From Promethearchaeota archaeon (GTDB lineage Archaea > Asgardarchaeota > Lokiarchaeia > Sigyniarchaeales > SOKP01): a stretch of DNA of 17,610 nucleotides. A model generated the notes under the pieces. That model did no database searches, had not been told where the DNA came from, and worked only from the letters and a program-made list of their open reading frames with translations. The DNA is taken from assembly GCA_008080735.1 (NCBI GenBank), contig SHMW01000089.1, positions 334 through 17,943 of the forward strand, given 5' to 3'. This document shows, in pieces, positions 1 through 9,682 of this stretch. Position numbers and translations under genes: made by a program. Position 1 is the stretch's first letter. Every line of letters begins with the position of its first letter.

Positions 1-1192
1 TAGTAAAGTTAATTGTTTGTGTATGATCAATACGAGAATCAAAATAAGATAAATCCCCCGCTGATACATTCCATTCCACATTACTCTCCTTAGTTGGAAT
101 TATAAAAGAGGAAGTAGCTGTTAAGTCTGATTTGGTATAATTTATCTGAATTTTAGTAATATCGCACGACACATCCCACCAGTCGGCAGTCATCTCGAAG
201 CCAAGCGTTCCCGACAAGTCGGACAGAATCCCTTCGGTCGTATTCCAATAGCCCTTGTTGTCAATATCATTGAATTTGACAAATGGGTTGTTATTGATCG
301 TTAAATTTATTTGTTCCGGTCGAGGTGTATTATTGAGTGGTCTTAAGTTGATCTTCATAGAAGGATCCAAATCCAGTAATGACCACGTTGAACTTCCGAA
401 ATTTCTCCAAGTAAGGGAATCATCTAAGGATCCATCATCTTCATGGTGAAATTGAACTGTTGCCCCTGAGGTGGTAGTCTGAGAAATTAAAATGAAATAA
501 GTATTATTAGCAGTATCTGTTGATGGATTTAATGTTTCACCAACGCTTACATTGTATTGTACATCTGTTGATCCATCTAAAACTTTATAGCTGTCATCAA
601 TATCCACAATCCAAGAATCTGGTTTCATTTTTCCTTCTGTATTATCCCATGTGGCATCATATAATTCAATAAAGAGACTTGCGTTCCGTACAGTAGGGTC
701 AACTTCTGAAAGAACAATAGAAAAATTATCTAGTATTCCATCTCCTAAAACTTCAAAAGAAAAAGCATGACCAAGATTTGTCAAATCACTTTGATCTGAT
801 ATTCCTTCTTCAATTATTATCTCATGATTTGGTGCTAGAACATTCTCCACGGTAACGTTCGCAAAGGTCGTGTTGTAGCCGTCAATGGTAGGTGCGGGCT
901 GGGTAAATAATCCGCTCTCGCTGAGATTATTAAAAGATGTAGTTGATGTATTATAAAGTGATTGCTGGAGAGAGACATTGAAATTATTTCCAGAATTGTT
1001 ATAATTATCGAGTTGCGAGCTTCGAAGTTTTGAAAAATACTCATTCCTCCCATCTTCACCTTCATTTCCGCCATAAAATGCCAGTTGCGAGTTCATGAAG
1101 AGTGCGGGAAAGCCCGAAGCGAAAAGTATTCCAATTGTCAGTAGTGTCAGAAATATAAGTCGTGTATTCTTTTTTTTAGTAGATTTTAACAT
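1..1192 (-). CDS. Large secreted/surface glycoprotein, 5' part only (runs off the left edge of the window; absent from the ORF track)
   Basis: Manual translation from ATG at 1192 (alternative ATG 1198) stays open to position 1, about 397 codons. It begins MLKSTKKKNTRLIFLTLLTIGILFASGFPALFM (basic n-region plus hydrophobic h-region). The rest is Asn/Thr/Ser/Asp-rich with about 15 N-x-S/T sequons (NNS, NVS, NTS, NLS, NTT, NVT, NFS, NAS, NNT, NLT, NYT, NFT). Confidence 0.85.
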   Translation of the reverse strand, partial: MLKSTKKKNTRLIFLTLLTIGILFASGFPALFMNSQLAFYGGNEGEDGRNEYFSKLRSSQLDNYNNSGNNFNVSLQQSLYNTSTTSFNNLSESGLFTQPAPTIDGYNTTFANVTVENVLAPNHEIIIEEGISDQSDLTNLGHAFSFEVLGDGILDNFSIVLSEVDPTVRNASLFIELYDATWDNTEGKMKPDSWIVDIDDSYKVLDGSTDVQYNVSVGETLNPSTDTANNTYFILISQTTTSGATVQFHHEDDGSLDDSLTWRNFGSSTWSLLDLDPSMKINLRPLNNTPRPEQINLTINNNPFVKFNDIDNKGYWNTTEGILSDLSGTLGFEMTADWWDVSCDITKIQINYTKSDLTATSSFIIPTKESNVEWNVSAGDLSYFDSRIDHTQTINFT

Positions 1193-1418
1193 AATCATCA
1201 AAAATTTATAAATTTCCTAATAGGATTGTATACAAAAAATAGTGCTTTATCTATTTATAAATATTGTATGTATTATAAATGATAATCCTCCTATTTAAAC
1301 CATCTTTTTAAAAAGGAGTGAGTACTCATAGAACGCACCAACTTAGTGCAGTATTACTTATCACTAATGGATAATTAATGGATAACTCAGAGAAAATAGG
1401 AGATAAAAAAGGGAGCGA

Positions 1419-2117
1419 TTAATCGCTTTCTTGTTCGGATTTGAGAATAATGCGGGCATCAACGCATACAATCCCATCTTCGTAAATAAACACGGGATTC
1501 AGATCCATTTCGTATACTTCTTGATGTTCCATGACAAATTCCGAGATCTTCATTAGGACGTCTACGATCGCGTCAATATTCGCCTTCGGTTTACCGCGAA
1601 ATCCGTCTAGCAGTGGAAAACCCTTGATCTCGTGGATCATTTCCTTCGCATCGTATTCTGTAATAGGAGCAATTCGGAAGCTTACATCTTCCAAGAGTTC
1701 GACTAAAATCCCGCCGATACCAAACATCAGAGCTGGTCCGAATTGTGGATCTGTGGTCATACCGATGATTAGTTCTGCGATTGGCTCTTTTGCCATCCCT
1801 TGTACCGAGATTTGCTTCTCTTCTTTGGAAGGAATTTCCATGAGCTCATCATACGCTTTCTCAACTTCTTCTTTACTGCCAAGATTGAGCTTTACGGCTC
1901 CTGTATCCGATTTATGGACAATGTCTTCTGCCATCAGTTTCATCACCACGGGATATCCGATCCCTTCAGCAGCGTTAATGGTTTCTTCCTTGGATTGTGT
2001 CAATTTCTGTTCTGGAATTGGTATGCCGATGTCTTTCAATAATTCTTTTGACTCATATTCGGTCAATACATTTTGCCCGGCTTCGGCTTTTTGTTTAAGT
2101 ATATCTGAAACGCTCAT
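1419..2117 (-). CDS. acdB: ADP-forming acetate/acyl-CoA ligase beta subunit (ATP-grasp)
   Basis: LTEYESKELL, IGYPVVMK, HKSDTGAVKL, DPQFGPALMFGIGG, LLDGFRGKP and EMDLNPV...VDARI are characteristic of stand-alone ACD beta subunits. Confidence 0.9.
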   Translation of the reverse strand: MSVSDILKQKAEAGQNVLTEYESKELLKDIGIPIPEQKLTQSKEETINAAEGIGYPVVMKLMAEDIVHKSDTGAVKLNLGSKEEVEKAYDELMEIPSKEEKQISVQGMAKEPIAELIIGMTTDPQFGPALMFGIGGILVELLEDVSFRIAPITEYDAKEMIHEIKGFPLLDGFRGKPKANIDAIVDVLMKISEFVMEHQEVYEMDLNPVFIYEDGIVCVDARIILKSEQESD

Positions 2118-2304
2118 AATACTATTTGTATTTAGTTAATAGACTGATAATTTAATTTATCTGAATATGTTATAAAATTATAATTGAAATATAAAATTAT
2201 TTGATGGTTTCGCTCCCCTTATTCTCCGTTAGTTTTTGTATCTTATAGACCGTAAATAGGATAAAGATATAAAAAAGAAATGGAAATGGAAGTTTTCCGT
2301 ATAT

Positions 2305-3321
2305 TTATAAATGAAAAATAGTTCCGCTAATACCAAATGCGTGGGAAGGATGATCTGCCATCTGTCGATTGAATTCAAACCCGGTACAATGCATCCCGCA
2401 TGTAATCTCAGGGTTTAAGTTTTGAATAAAGTCAACGGCTTTTTTCACATCTTCCGGTGATTCCCATTCTTTATGAAATCCCCCGATAATCGCATATACA
2501 TCATCTATACCCGTGATCTTTTGAGCGTGCTTAATCGTATTCACGATCCCCGCATGACCACAGCCAGTAATGATTGCCAGTCCTTTTCCCTTAATATTCA
2601 AATAAATCGAGAGTTCATCCCTAAAAGTATTTTCAAGGAAATCTTTTCGCCCTTCCATGAGATAAAACCCATTTGAAACCTCATTTCTATCGAATAGTTC
2701 AATTTCTCCGCTTATTGCCATTCCATTAAGTAATATTTCTGGGGCGGTTGGCTCGATAAGATTGAAGTTTTTTTCTCCCACATATTTATCAACTAACGCT
2801 TTCTTGAAGGGAGGAAGCTTTAGTTCAAAAAGAAAAGCATCTTGCTTCCGTAGATCACGATAATTTTCTGAAAGCTCTTCGGGGGTATAGAATTTTCTTT
2901 CCTCTTTGGGGATAAGAATCATATTTTGCTCATACGCACTAGGGCTAATCACCACATCAATGCCTTCTCTTAATTTCGGAAATACTTCCATCATCCCACC
3001 ATAATGGTCCACATGTCCGTGGCTGAGCACAAACTTATCTATCTCGTTAAAATCAATACTCATGGCGGCTGCGTTTTCAATAGCACTTCCTCGAGGCCCT
3101 CCGGTATCTAACAATATTTTTTTCGATTCACCATTCTTTCTAATCTCAAATAACATTGCAAGACCGTGTTCACCGAATAATTTGCTCCCGTTGCTCTGGG
3201 GTTGAATAACCTTCCCTCCAAATTTTTCATTGGTAAGAAGGGTTGAAATAACACTATTGGTAGTTAATACCGTAATATCGACACTACCGCTCTCTATTCC
3301 GTCTGAAATATCTATACTCAT
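2305..3321 (-). CDS. Metallo-beta-lactamase-fold hydrolase (MJ0301/dihydropteroate-synthase-like MBL family)
   Basis: GEHGLA, LLDTG, SHGHVDHYGG (HxHxDH), DE, TGCGHAG, GGFH and MHCTG motifs. Confidence 0.85.
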   Translation of the reverse strand: MSIDISDGIESGSVDITVLTTNSVISTLLTNEKFGGKVIQPQSNGSKLFGEHGLAMLFEIRKNGESKKILLDTGGPRGSAIENAAAMSIDFNEIDKFVLSHGHVDHYGGMMEVFPKLREGIDVVISPSAYEQNMILIPKEERKFYTPEELSENYRDLRKQDAFLFELKLPPFKKALVDKYVGEKNFNLIEPTAPEILLNGMAISGEIELFDRNEVSNGFYLMEGRKDFLENTFRDELSIYLNIKGKGLAIITGCGHAGIVNTIKHAQKITGIDDVYAIIGGFHKEWESPEDVKKAVDFIQNLNPEITCGMHCTGFEFNRQMADHPSHAFGISGTIFHL

Positions 3322-3484
3322 TTTGATTTAATCCTACATTTTTAGTTATTAATACAAGTATTGTTATTAATGAATATATATTTGTTATTTTTAAAATACT
3401 ATTGAAGTAGTCTCAAAAGAGTCCAAAATTCAAACAAAAAGACAAGAAATAATAGATATAAGAAAAAAAGGAAAATAAAATAAG

Positions 3485-6322
3485 TTAGCTGGTAAAGGTA
3501 GTCAAGCCTTTCTTTACTCTAATTCGCCATTTACGGATCTCATCAACTAGGAACACGCTAAAACCCGCGATAATCACTGTTAACCAGTACTCCCACCTTA
3601 ATAGCGGGACGACATTGAACGCTATTCCCATTGGTGTATACAGTATTAATAACTGTAATACAAAAGAAAGTCCCGTCGCCCAAAACAAGTTCTTATTTGG
3701 GAATAACCAAAATGGTTTGAAATTAGATGTACATGAATACACAAACAAGAGTTCACATACTACAAGATTCGTAAATATTATCGTCTGTGCTAATGTTGCA
3801 GCATACATATTGGCATCAGTTCCCACGTTGATAAAGTTCATGGTTAAATTTGGATCAATGTTCCCTTGAGCCCATGCTGGAAGCAATACGAACCAGAGTA
3901 ATAAATAAAGTGTAATATCTGTAATTGAGGTATAAATACCCAAGAAAAGGACGGGACCTTTAATTTCCGATATCAATGAAAAACCTTCACGCGGCTCGTC
4001 TTTCATCACATCTGGATCAGTTGGAGTGAACCCAAGCACCATCGCAGGTATCCCATCCGTTGCGATATTTAACCAGAGTATCTGAATAGGTGTTATCGGA
4101 AGGGCTGCAAAGGTGACGAATTTGATTACAATATAAGCAACTAGAATAAGGAATATCTCATCAAAATTGGTGCTTAGCATGTATCGGAAGAAGCCTTTTG
4201 TGGTCTCAAAAATTCCTCGACCCTCTTCAATGGCTGAAACAATGGTAGAGTAATCGTCGTCTAGAAGAATCATATCGGAGGCTTCTTGAGTAACTTCCGT
4301 ACCCTTAATCCCCATCGAAACGCCCACATTCGCTCCTTTAACGGCGGGCGCATCGTTCACACCATCACCTGTCATTGATACGACATTTCCTTCAGCTTTT
4401 AATGCTTTAAGGATTCGCAGTTTATGCTCTGAAGTGACTCTGGCAAATATATCAACATCTCTTATTCTTCTAATTAACTCATCATCCGTCATCTCTTCCA
4501 ATTCCGCGCCAGTGATCGCCTCATCTTTATCTGTCAGTCCGATTTCTTTTCCAATCGCCATTGCTGTGATTTTATGATCTCCCGTGATCATTATAGTTCG
4601 AATTCCGGCATTCCTCGCAACTTGGATTGATTTTTTGACTTCATCTCTCGCAGGATCAATGATACCCGCCAAACCAAGATAGGTAAAATCCTTTTCGATA
4701 TCATCCTCTCTATATCCTTCACTCAATGGTTTATATGCGATGCCTAGTACCCGCAAAGCATTTTCCGCTAATTCATTGTTCTTAGAAAGATAATGGTCTT
4801 TTATTTCATTTATTGGTTTTACTTCACCATTATAGAGCCCTTTTCCTGCTTTTTCGATGAGCACATCGGGAGCTCCTTTAATCATAGAGTATAATTCTCC
4901 ATTCATACGCACGACAACTGACATCATTTTTCTGTCTGAATCGAAGGGTATCTCATCTAGTTTTTCTGCTTTAGGCTCTACATCCATTTTTTTAGCAAGC
5001 ACTTTAAGCGAAATCTCAGTAGGATCTCCAATGACATCAGTTTTATTGGATCCATCATTTCGAGGAGTGACGGTCGAATTATTACAAAGTTGGCAGACTT
5101 GCAGGTATCGTTCAAGATTGTTATTGTCTTGTATATTGAGGGGCTCTCCGGACTCCTTGAGGATCTTTCCATCTAAAGCATAACCTACTCCTTCCACATC
5201 ATATTCTTTGCCTCCAAGATACACCTTTTTAACCGTCATCTCATTCTTAGTCAGGGTTCCAGTCTTATCTGAGCAAATAATATTCACTCTCCCGAGAGTC
5301 TCGACCGCGGTTAATGTTTTTACTAAAGCATTTCGTTCTGCCATTTTCCGCATCCCAATACTCATGACTACTGTAATAACGACCACTAATCCCTCAGGTA
5401 CCGCCGATACTGCGAGACTTATTGCTACTTTAAAGGCATTTATAAGTTGCTCGATCTGATTTGTTTCCCCAGTAGGAAATCCAAACACTAAGATAGATTC
5501 CACCACAAAAACAATAGCACAGATAATTATAATAATGATTCCTATTTTTCTTCCAAAGATATCCACTTCTTCTTGGAATGGACTTTTTTCGTGTGTTTCT
5601 TCTTGAATTTTTTCCGCAATTTTCCCAACCTCCGTTTTCATCCCCGTTCGTACCACGACTGCTTTTCCATTCCCCCGTGTTATGATCGTATTGCTGAAAA
5701 CCATATTTTTTCTATCTGCGAGGATCGTTTTCTTATCGTGAATCTTGAGTTGTTTTTCGACAGGTTGCGATTCTCCCGTTAAAATTGCCTCATCAGCATA
5801 TAATGAATATGCTTTTGTTAATCTAGCATCCGCGGGAATCTTGTCCCCCTCATCAATCTGGATAATATCACCTGGTACAACTTCTGCGATATCAATTCTT
5901 CTAATCTTTCCCTCACGTATCACTTTTGCATAATGAGGTGCCATTTTTTTTAGACTCTCTAACGCCTTTTCTGCCTTAAACTCTTGATAAAATCCTAATA
6001 TTGCATTCACTATAAGGATAATAAAAATTACCAGAGCATCAATAAATTCTGAGGGCGCTTCACCTTGAGATAATTCATAGATCCCGATAATGATTGACAC
6101 CGCGATGGCAAAGAATAGAAGATAGACAAGGAAATCCTTGAATTGGCTGAGAAAAATTTCCCAAGCCGTTACTCTCTTGGTTTCTTTTAATTCATTAAGT
6201 CCGTATTTTTCTAAACGTTTTTTTGCTTCAGTTTCATTAAGCCCGTTTTCGATTGAGGTATCCAACTCATCAGCAACGTTCTCAACTTCTAACGCGTGTG
6301 CGTCTAATTCTTCAGTTTCCAT
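3485..6322 (-). CDS. P-type IIA (SERCA-like) cation/Ca2+-transporting ATPase, paralog 1
   Basis: TGES, PEGL, CSDKTGTLT, KGAP, DPAR, MITGD and TGDGVNDAPA motifs. M5 STNFDE, M6 NIATDG, about 10 hydrophobic segments. Confidence 0.93.
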   Translation of the reverse strand: METEELDAHALEVENVADELDTSIENGLNETEAKKRLEKYGLNELKETKRVTAWEIFLSQFKDFLVYLLFFAIAVSIIIGIYELSQGEAPSEFIDALVIFIILIVNAILGFYQEFKAEKALESLKKMAPHYAKVIREGKIRRIDIAEVVPGDIIQIDEGDKIPADARLTKAYSLYADEAILTGESQPVEKQLKIHDKKTILADRKNMVFSNTIITRGNGKAVVVRTGMKTEVGKIAEKIQEETHEKSPFQEEVDIFGRKIGIIIIIICAIVFVVESILVFGFPTGETNQIEQLINAFKVAISLAVSAVPEGLVVVITVVMSIGMRKMAERNALVKTLTAVETLGRVNIICSDKTGTLTKNEMTVKKVYLGGKEYDVEGVGYALDGKILKESGEPLNIQDNNNLERYLQVCQLCNNSTVTPRNDGSNKTDVIGDPTEISLKVLAKKMDVEPKAEKLDEIPFDSDRKMMSVVVRMNGELYSMIKGAPDVLIEKAGKGLYNGEVKPINEIKDHYLSKNNELAENALRVLGIAYKPLSEGYREDDIEKDFTYLGLAGIIDPARDEVKKSIQVARNAGIRTIMITGDHKITAMAIGKEIGLTDKDEAITGAELEEMTDDELIRRIRDVDIFARVTSEHKLRILKALKAEGNVVSMTGDGVNDAPAVKGANVGVSMGIKGTEVTQEASDMILLDDDYSTIVSAIEEGRGIFETTKGFFRYMLSTNFDEIFLILVAYIVIKFVTFAALPITPIQILWLNIATDGIPAMVLGFTPTDPDVMKDEPREGFSLISEIKGPVLFLGIYTSITDITLYLLLWFVLLPAWAQGNIDPNLTMNFINVGTDANMYAATLAQTIIFTNLVVCELLFVYSCTSNFKPFWLFPNKNLFWATGLSFVLQLLILYTPMGIAFNVVPLLRWEYWLTVIIAGFSVFLVDEIRKWRIRVKKGLTTFTS

Positions 6323-6505
6323 ATCAATATATTTATAATTAATTATTTAGTTAAAAATTCACAAACAAATTATTTCTTTTGAATAATAAAGTTGCTATTT
6401 ATATTTTAGATTTGGGTTTGAGTGTTTATTAAATTTCCAATTATAAAAATTTAAGCGCTACCAAAGAATAAGTACTTTCAGATTTTTTGGACGTTCAAAA
6501 ATAAC

Positions 6506-6523
6506 TAAAAAAAAGAAAAAAAC
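6506..6523 (-). terminator. Oligo-T archaeal-type terminator downstream of ATPase paralog 2
   Basis: A-run on + strand (T-run on the coding strand) directly after the stop at 6529. Similar tracts follow the other minus-strand genes (about 1405-1410, 2271-2280, 3460-3480). Confidence 0.45.
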
Positions 6524-6528
6524 AACTC

Positions 6529-9378
6529 TTAGGTTGTAAATTTGGTCATACCCCTTTTGACTCTGATTCTCCACTTCCGGATCTCGTCTACAATGAATAC
6601 GCTGAATGCTCCTAATAGAAGTGTTACCCAGTATTCCCATCTGTAGAGTGGGACTACTTTAAAGGCAATTCCTAAGGGTGTAAAGAGTATTAGAAACTGT
6701 AATGCCAATGAGAGACCAGTCGCCCAGAACAGATGTTTATTCGGAAATAACCAGAATGGTTTAATATTTGAGGTACAAGAATAGACAAATATTAATTCGC
6801 AAATAACGAGGTTCGTAAATACTATCGTCTGTGCTAAAGATATCGCATATAAGTTTTGAGGGCTTCCATCAATTAAATATGCCATTGTCAGATTGGGATC
6901 AATCCCTGCTGTTGCCCATGCTGGAATTAATACTGACCAGAGCAGTAAATAAAGTGTAATATCTGTAATTGAGGTATAAATACCCAAGAAAAGGACGGGA
7001 CCTTTAATTTCCGATATCAATGAAAATCCTTCACGGGGCTCGTCTTTCATCACGTCTGGATCAGTTGGAGTTAATCCCAAAACCATCGCGGGAATACCAT
7101 CAGTAGCGATATTCAACCACAAAATTTGAATAGGTACAACAGGTAGAGCTAGAAACATTCCCGCAAACAACTTCATAACAATATAGGCAGTAAGAATTAA
7201 GAAAATCTCATCAAAATTCGTACTTAACATATATCTAAAGAAGCCCTTCGTAGTTTCGAATATCCCTCTGCCCTCCTCAATTGCATCTACGATTGTAGAA
7301 TAGTCGTCATCAAGTAATATCATATCGGACGCTTCTCGCGTAACTTCAGTTCCTTTAATACCCATCGCTACACCAACATTTGCACCTTTCACGGCGGGTG
7401 CATCGTTCACACCATCACCGGTCATAGAAACTACTTTACCCTCGCCCTTTAAAGCTTTCAAGATTCTGAGTTTATGTTCGGAAGTGACCCGGGCAAATAC
7501 ATCTACATTTTCTACTCTTCTAAGTAATTCATCATCCGTCATCTCTTCCAATTCCGCCCCTGTGATCGCCTCATCTTTATCAGTTAATCCGATTTCTTTT
7601 GCAATCGCAATCGCAGTAATTTTATGATCCCCAGTAATCATTATTGTTCTAATACCAGCCATCCGAGCTTCTTCAATAGAGTCTTTTACCTCGTCCCTTG
7701 CGGGATCAATGATTCCTGCTAAACCAAGATAGGTAAAATCTTTCTCAATATCTTCTTCGCTATATCCTTCTTGTAATGGTTTAAATGCAATACCTAACAC
7801 TCGAAGCGCATTTTCTGCAAATTCATTATTTTTTGAAAGATATTCTTCCCTAATTGCTTGAATTGATCTGATTTCTCCGTTATATAATCCTTTCGCAGCT
7901 TTTTCGATGAGGACATCGGGTGCTCCTTTAATTAAAGAATATAGTTTTCCTTCCATACGGACAACGACCGACATCATTTTCCTATCAGAATTAAAAGGAA
8001 TTTCATCTACTTTTTCTGCTTTTGAATCTATATCCATCTTTTTGGAAAGCACTTTAAGTGAAATCTCAGTCGGATCACCGATAACATCAGTTTTTTTCGT
8101 TCCGTCATTTCTTGGATTTACAGTAGAGTTATTACAATATTGGCATACCTCTAAATATCGTTTAAGATAACTTTCATCTTGGACATCGATAGATTGACCA
8201 GAATCTTTGACTATTTTACCTTCCAAAGTATACCCCACTCCTTCCACATCATATTCCTTTCCCCCAAGATACACCTTTTTAACCGTCATCTCATTCTTAG
8301 TCAGGGTTCCAGTCTTATCGGAGCAGATTATGTTGACTCTCCCAAGAGTCTCGACCGCGGTTAATGTTTTTACTAAAGCATTTCGTTCTGCCATCCTTCG
8401 CATCCCAATGCTCATAACAACGGTAATAACTACTACCAGACCTTCCGGAACCGCTGATACTGCGAGACTAATTGCTATTTTAAAAGCTTCAATAATTGCC
8501 TCAATTTCATGTTGATCAAATTGAAGTCCCTCGTCGATCAGAATAAGGATAAATTCGACAGCAAATACGATAAAACATATGACGATTATTAATTTCCCTA
8601 GCAATCTTCCAAATTTATCAATTTCCACTTGAAATGGTGTTTTTTCATGAACTTCTTCTTGGATCTTCTCGGCAATTTTACCAACTTCTGTTTTCATCCC
8701 CGTCCTCACGACTATTGCAAGACCATTTCCGCGGGTGATAACTGTATTGCTGTAAACCATATTTTTTCTGTCTGCTAATATAGTTTTTTGGTCGTATAAT
8801 TTCAAATCTTTTTTAACTGGTTGTGATTCTCCAGTAAGAATCGCTTCATCAGCATATAAGGAATACGCATTAATAAGTCTCGCATCTGCAGCGACTTTAT
8901 CTCCTTCATCTAATTTTAATAAATCTCCGGGAATAACATTCTTTACATCAATTTGTTGTACTTTCCCATCTCGTATTACTTTGGCATAATGTGGTGCCAT
9001 TTGTTTAAGACTTTCTAATGCTCTCTCTGCTTTGTATTCTTGATAAAAACCTAATATGGCATTGACGATGAGAATAATGAAAATTACCAAAGCATCTATG
9101 AACTCAGAAGCTTCCTCTCCAGTATAAAGTGAATAAAACCCGATAATAATAGAAATAACGATGGCAAAGAATAAGAGATAGATCAAGAAATCCTTAAATT
9201 GACTTATGAATATTTCCCATGCTGATATTCCCTTAGTTTCTTGTATTTCGTTCGTTCCATATTTTGCAAGCCGTTTTTGTGCTTCCCTTTCAGTTAAACC
9301 GTTCTCTATTGATGTATCAAGCTCATCCGCGACTTTATCAACTTCTATAGAATGTACGTGTAATTCTTCGCTTTTCAT
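6529..9378 (-). CDS. P-type IIA (SERCA-like) cation/Ca2+-transporting ATPase, paralog 2
   Basis: Same motif set. Collinear and highly similar to 3485..6322 (tandem duplicate). Confidence 0.93.
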   Translation of the reverse strand: MKSEELHVHSIEVDKVADELDTSIENGLTEREAQKRLAKYGTNEIQETKGISAWEIFISQFKDFLIYLLFFAIVISIIIGFYSLYTGEEASEFIDALVIFIILIVNAILGFYQEYKAERALESLKQMAPHYAKVIRDGKVQQIDVKNVIPGDLLKLDEGDKVAADARLINAYSLYADEAILTGESQPVKKDLKLYDQKTILADRKNMVYSNTVITRGNGLAIVVRTGMKTEVGKIAEKIQEEVHEKTPFQVEIDKFGRLLGKLIIVICFIVFAVEFILILIDEGLQFDQHEIEAIIEAFKIAISLAVSAVPEGLVVVITVVMSIGMRRMAERNALVKTLTAVETLGRVNIICSDKTGTLTKNEMTVKKVYLGGKEYDVEGVGYTLEGKIVKDSGQSIDVQDESYLKRYLEVCQYCNNSTVNPRNDGTKKTDVIGDPTEISLKVLSKKMDIDSKAEKVDEIPFNSDRKMMSVVVRMEGKLYSLIKGAPDVLIEKAAKGLYNGEIRSIQAIREEYLSKNNEFAENALRVLGIAFKPLQEGYSEEDIEKDFTYLGLAGIIDPARDEVKDSIEEARMAGIRTIMITGDHKITAIAIAKEIGLTDKDEAITGAELEEMTDDELLRRVENVDVFARVTSEHKLRILKALKGEGKVVSMTGDGVNDAPAVKGANVGVAMGIKGTEVTREASDMILLDDDYSTIVDAIEEGRGIFETTKGFFRYMLSTNFDEIFLILTAYIVMKLFAGMFLALPVVPIQILWLNIATDGIPAMVLGLTPTDPDVMKDEPREGFSLISEIKGPVLFLGIYTSITDITLYLLLWSVLIPAWATAGIDPNLTMAYLIDGSPQNLYAISLAQTIVFTNLVICELIFVYSCTSNIKPFWLFPNKHLFWATGLSLALQFLILFTPLGIAFKVVPLYRWEYWVTLLLGAFSVFIVDEIRKWRIRVKRGMTKFTT

Positions 9379-9643
9379 TTTAAATCAAACTGTACTTAAC
9401 ATTTTTGTTTAAATATTTAAAATATATAAGTTAATATTTGAAATTTAATAAATCGATCTAATTCAAAAGCATCCCCAATTTGCTGTTTAAAAATGAGAAT
9501 TAAGATAATTGGGTTTGACTAATAATTGATTCTTATAATACTCATTTCTTATCGGTTCAGATCAGAAATTATACAAAGAAAAGGATTTCGCAATCCGAAA
9601 AAATTTTATCTTTGAAAGCCTATTTTAATTATTGAAAACTAGC

Positions 9644-9657
9644 AAAAAATATATAAA
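9644..9657 (+). promoter_or_regulatory. Candidate archaeal BRE/TATA box for selenoprotein paralog 1
   Basis: AAAAAA followed by TATATAAA (9650-9657), about 25 nt before the homologous start position 9683. The region is AT-rich, so specificity is low. Confidence 0.35.
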
Positions 9658-9682
9658 TTAAAATTATAATGGGTGGTTCTCG

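Noticed and set aside
835-1074. 79-aa minus-strand ORF
   Set aside because: Out-of-frame overlap inside the longer secreted-protein ORF (1..1192).
1531-2139. 202-aa plus-strand ORF and other antisense ORFs (e.g. 255..449, 4857..5183, 7907..8170, 8207..8515, 11260..11460, 14365..14607, 15667..15915, 16204..16437)
   Set aside because: Shadow ORFs opposite well-supported genes, Ser/Ile-rich with no motifs. The similarity between 4857 and 7907 simply mirrors the ATPase duplication.
6458-6640. 60-aa minus-strand ORF overlapping the end of ATPase paralog 2
   Set aside because: Alternate frame running through the terminator T-tract, with no coding features.
9492-9596. Imperfect hairpin AATGAG...CTCATT and small GGATT-TCGC-AATCC stem in the divergent intergenic region
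   Set aside because: Weak AT-rich pairing expected by chance. No second copy and no UGA-containing gene upstream on either strand.
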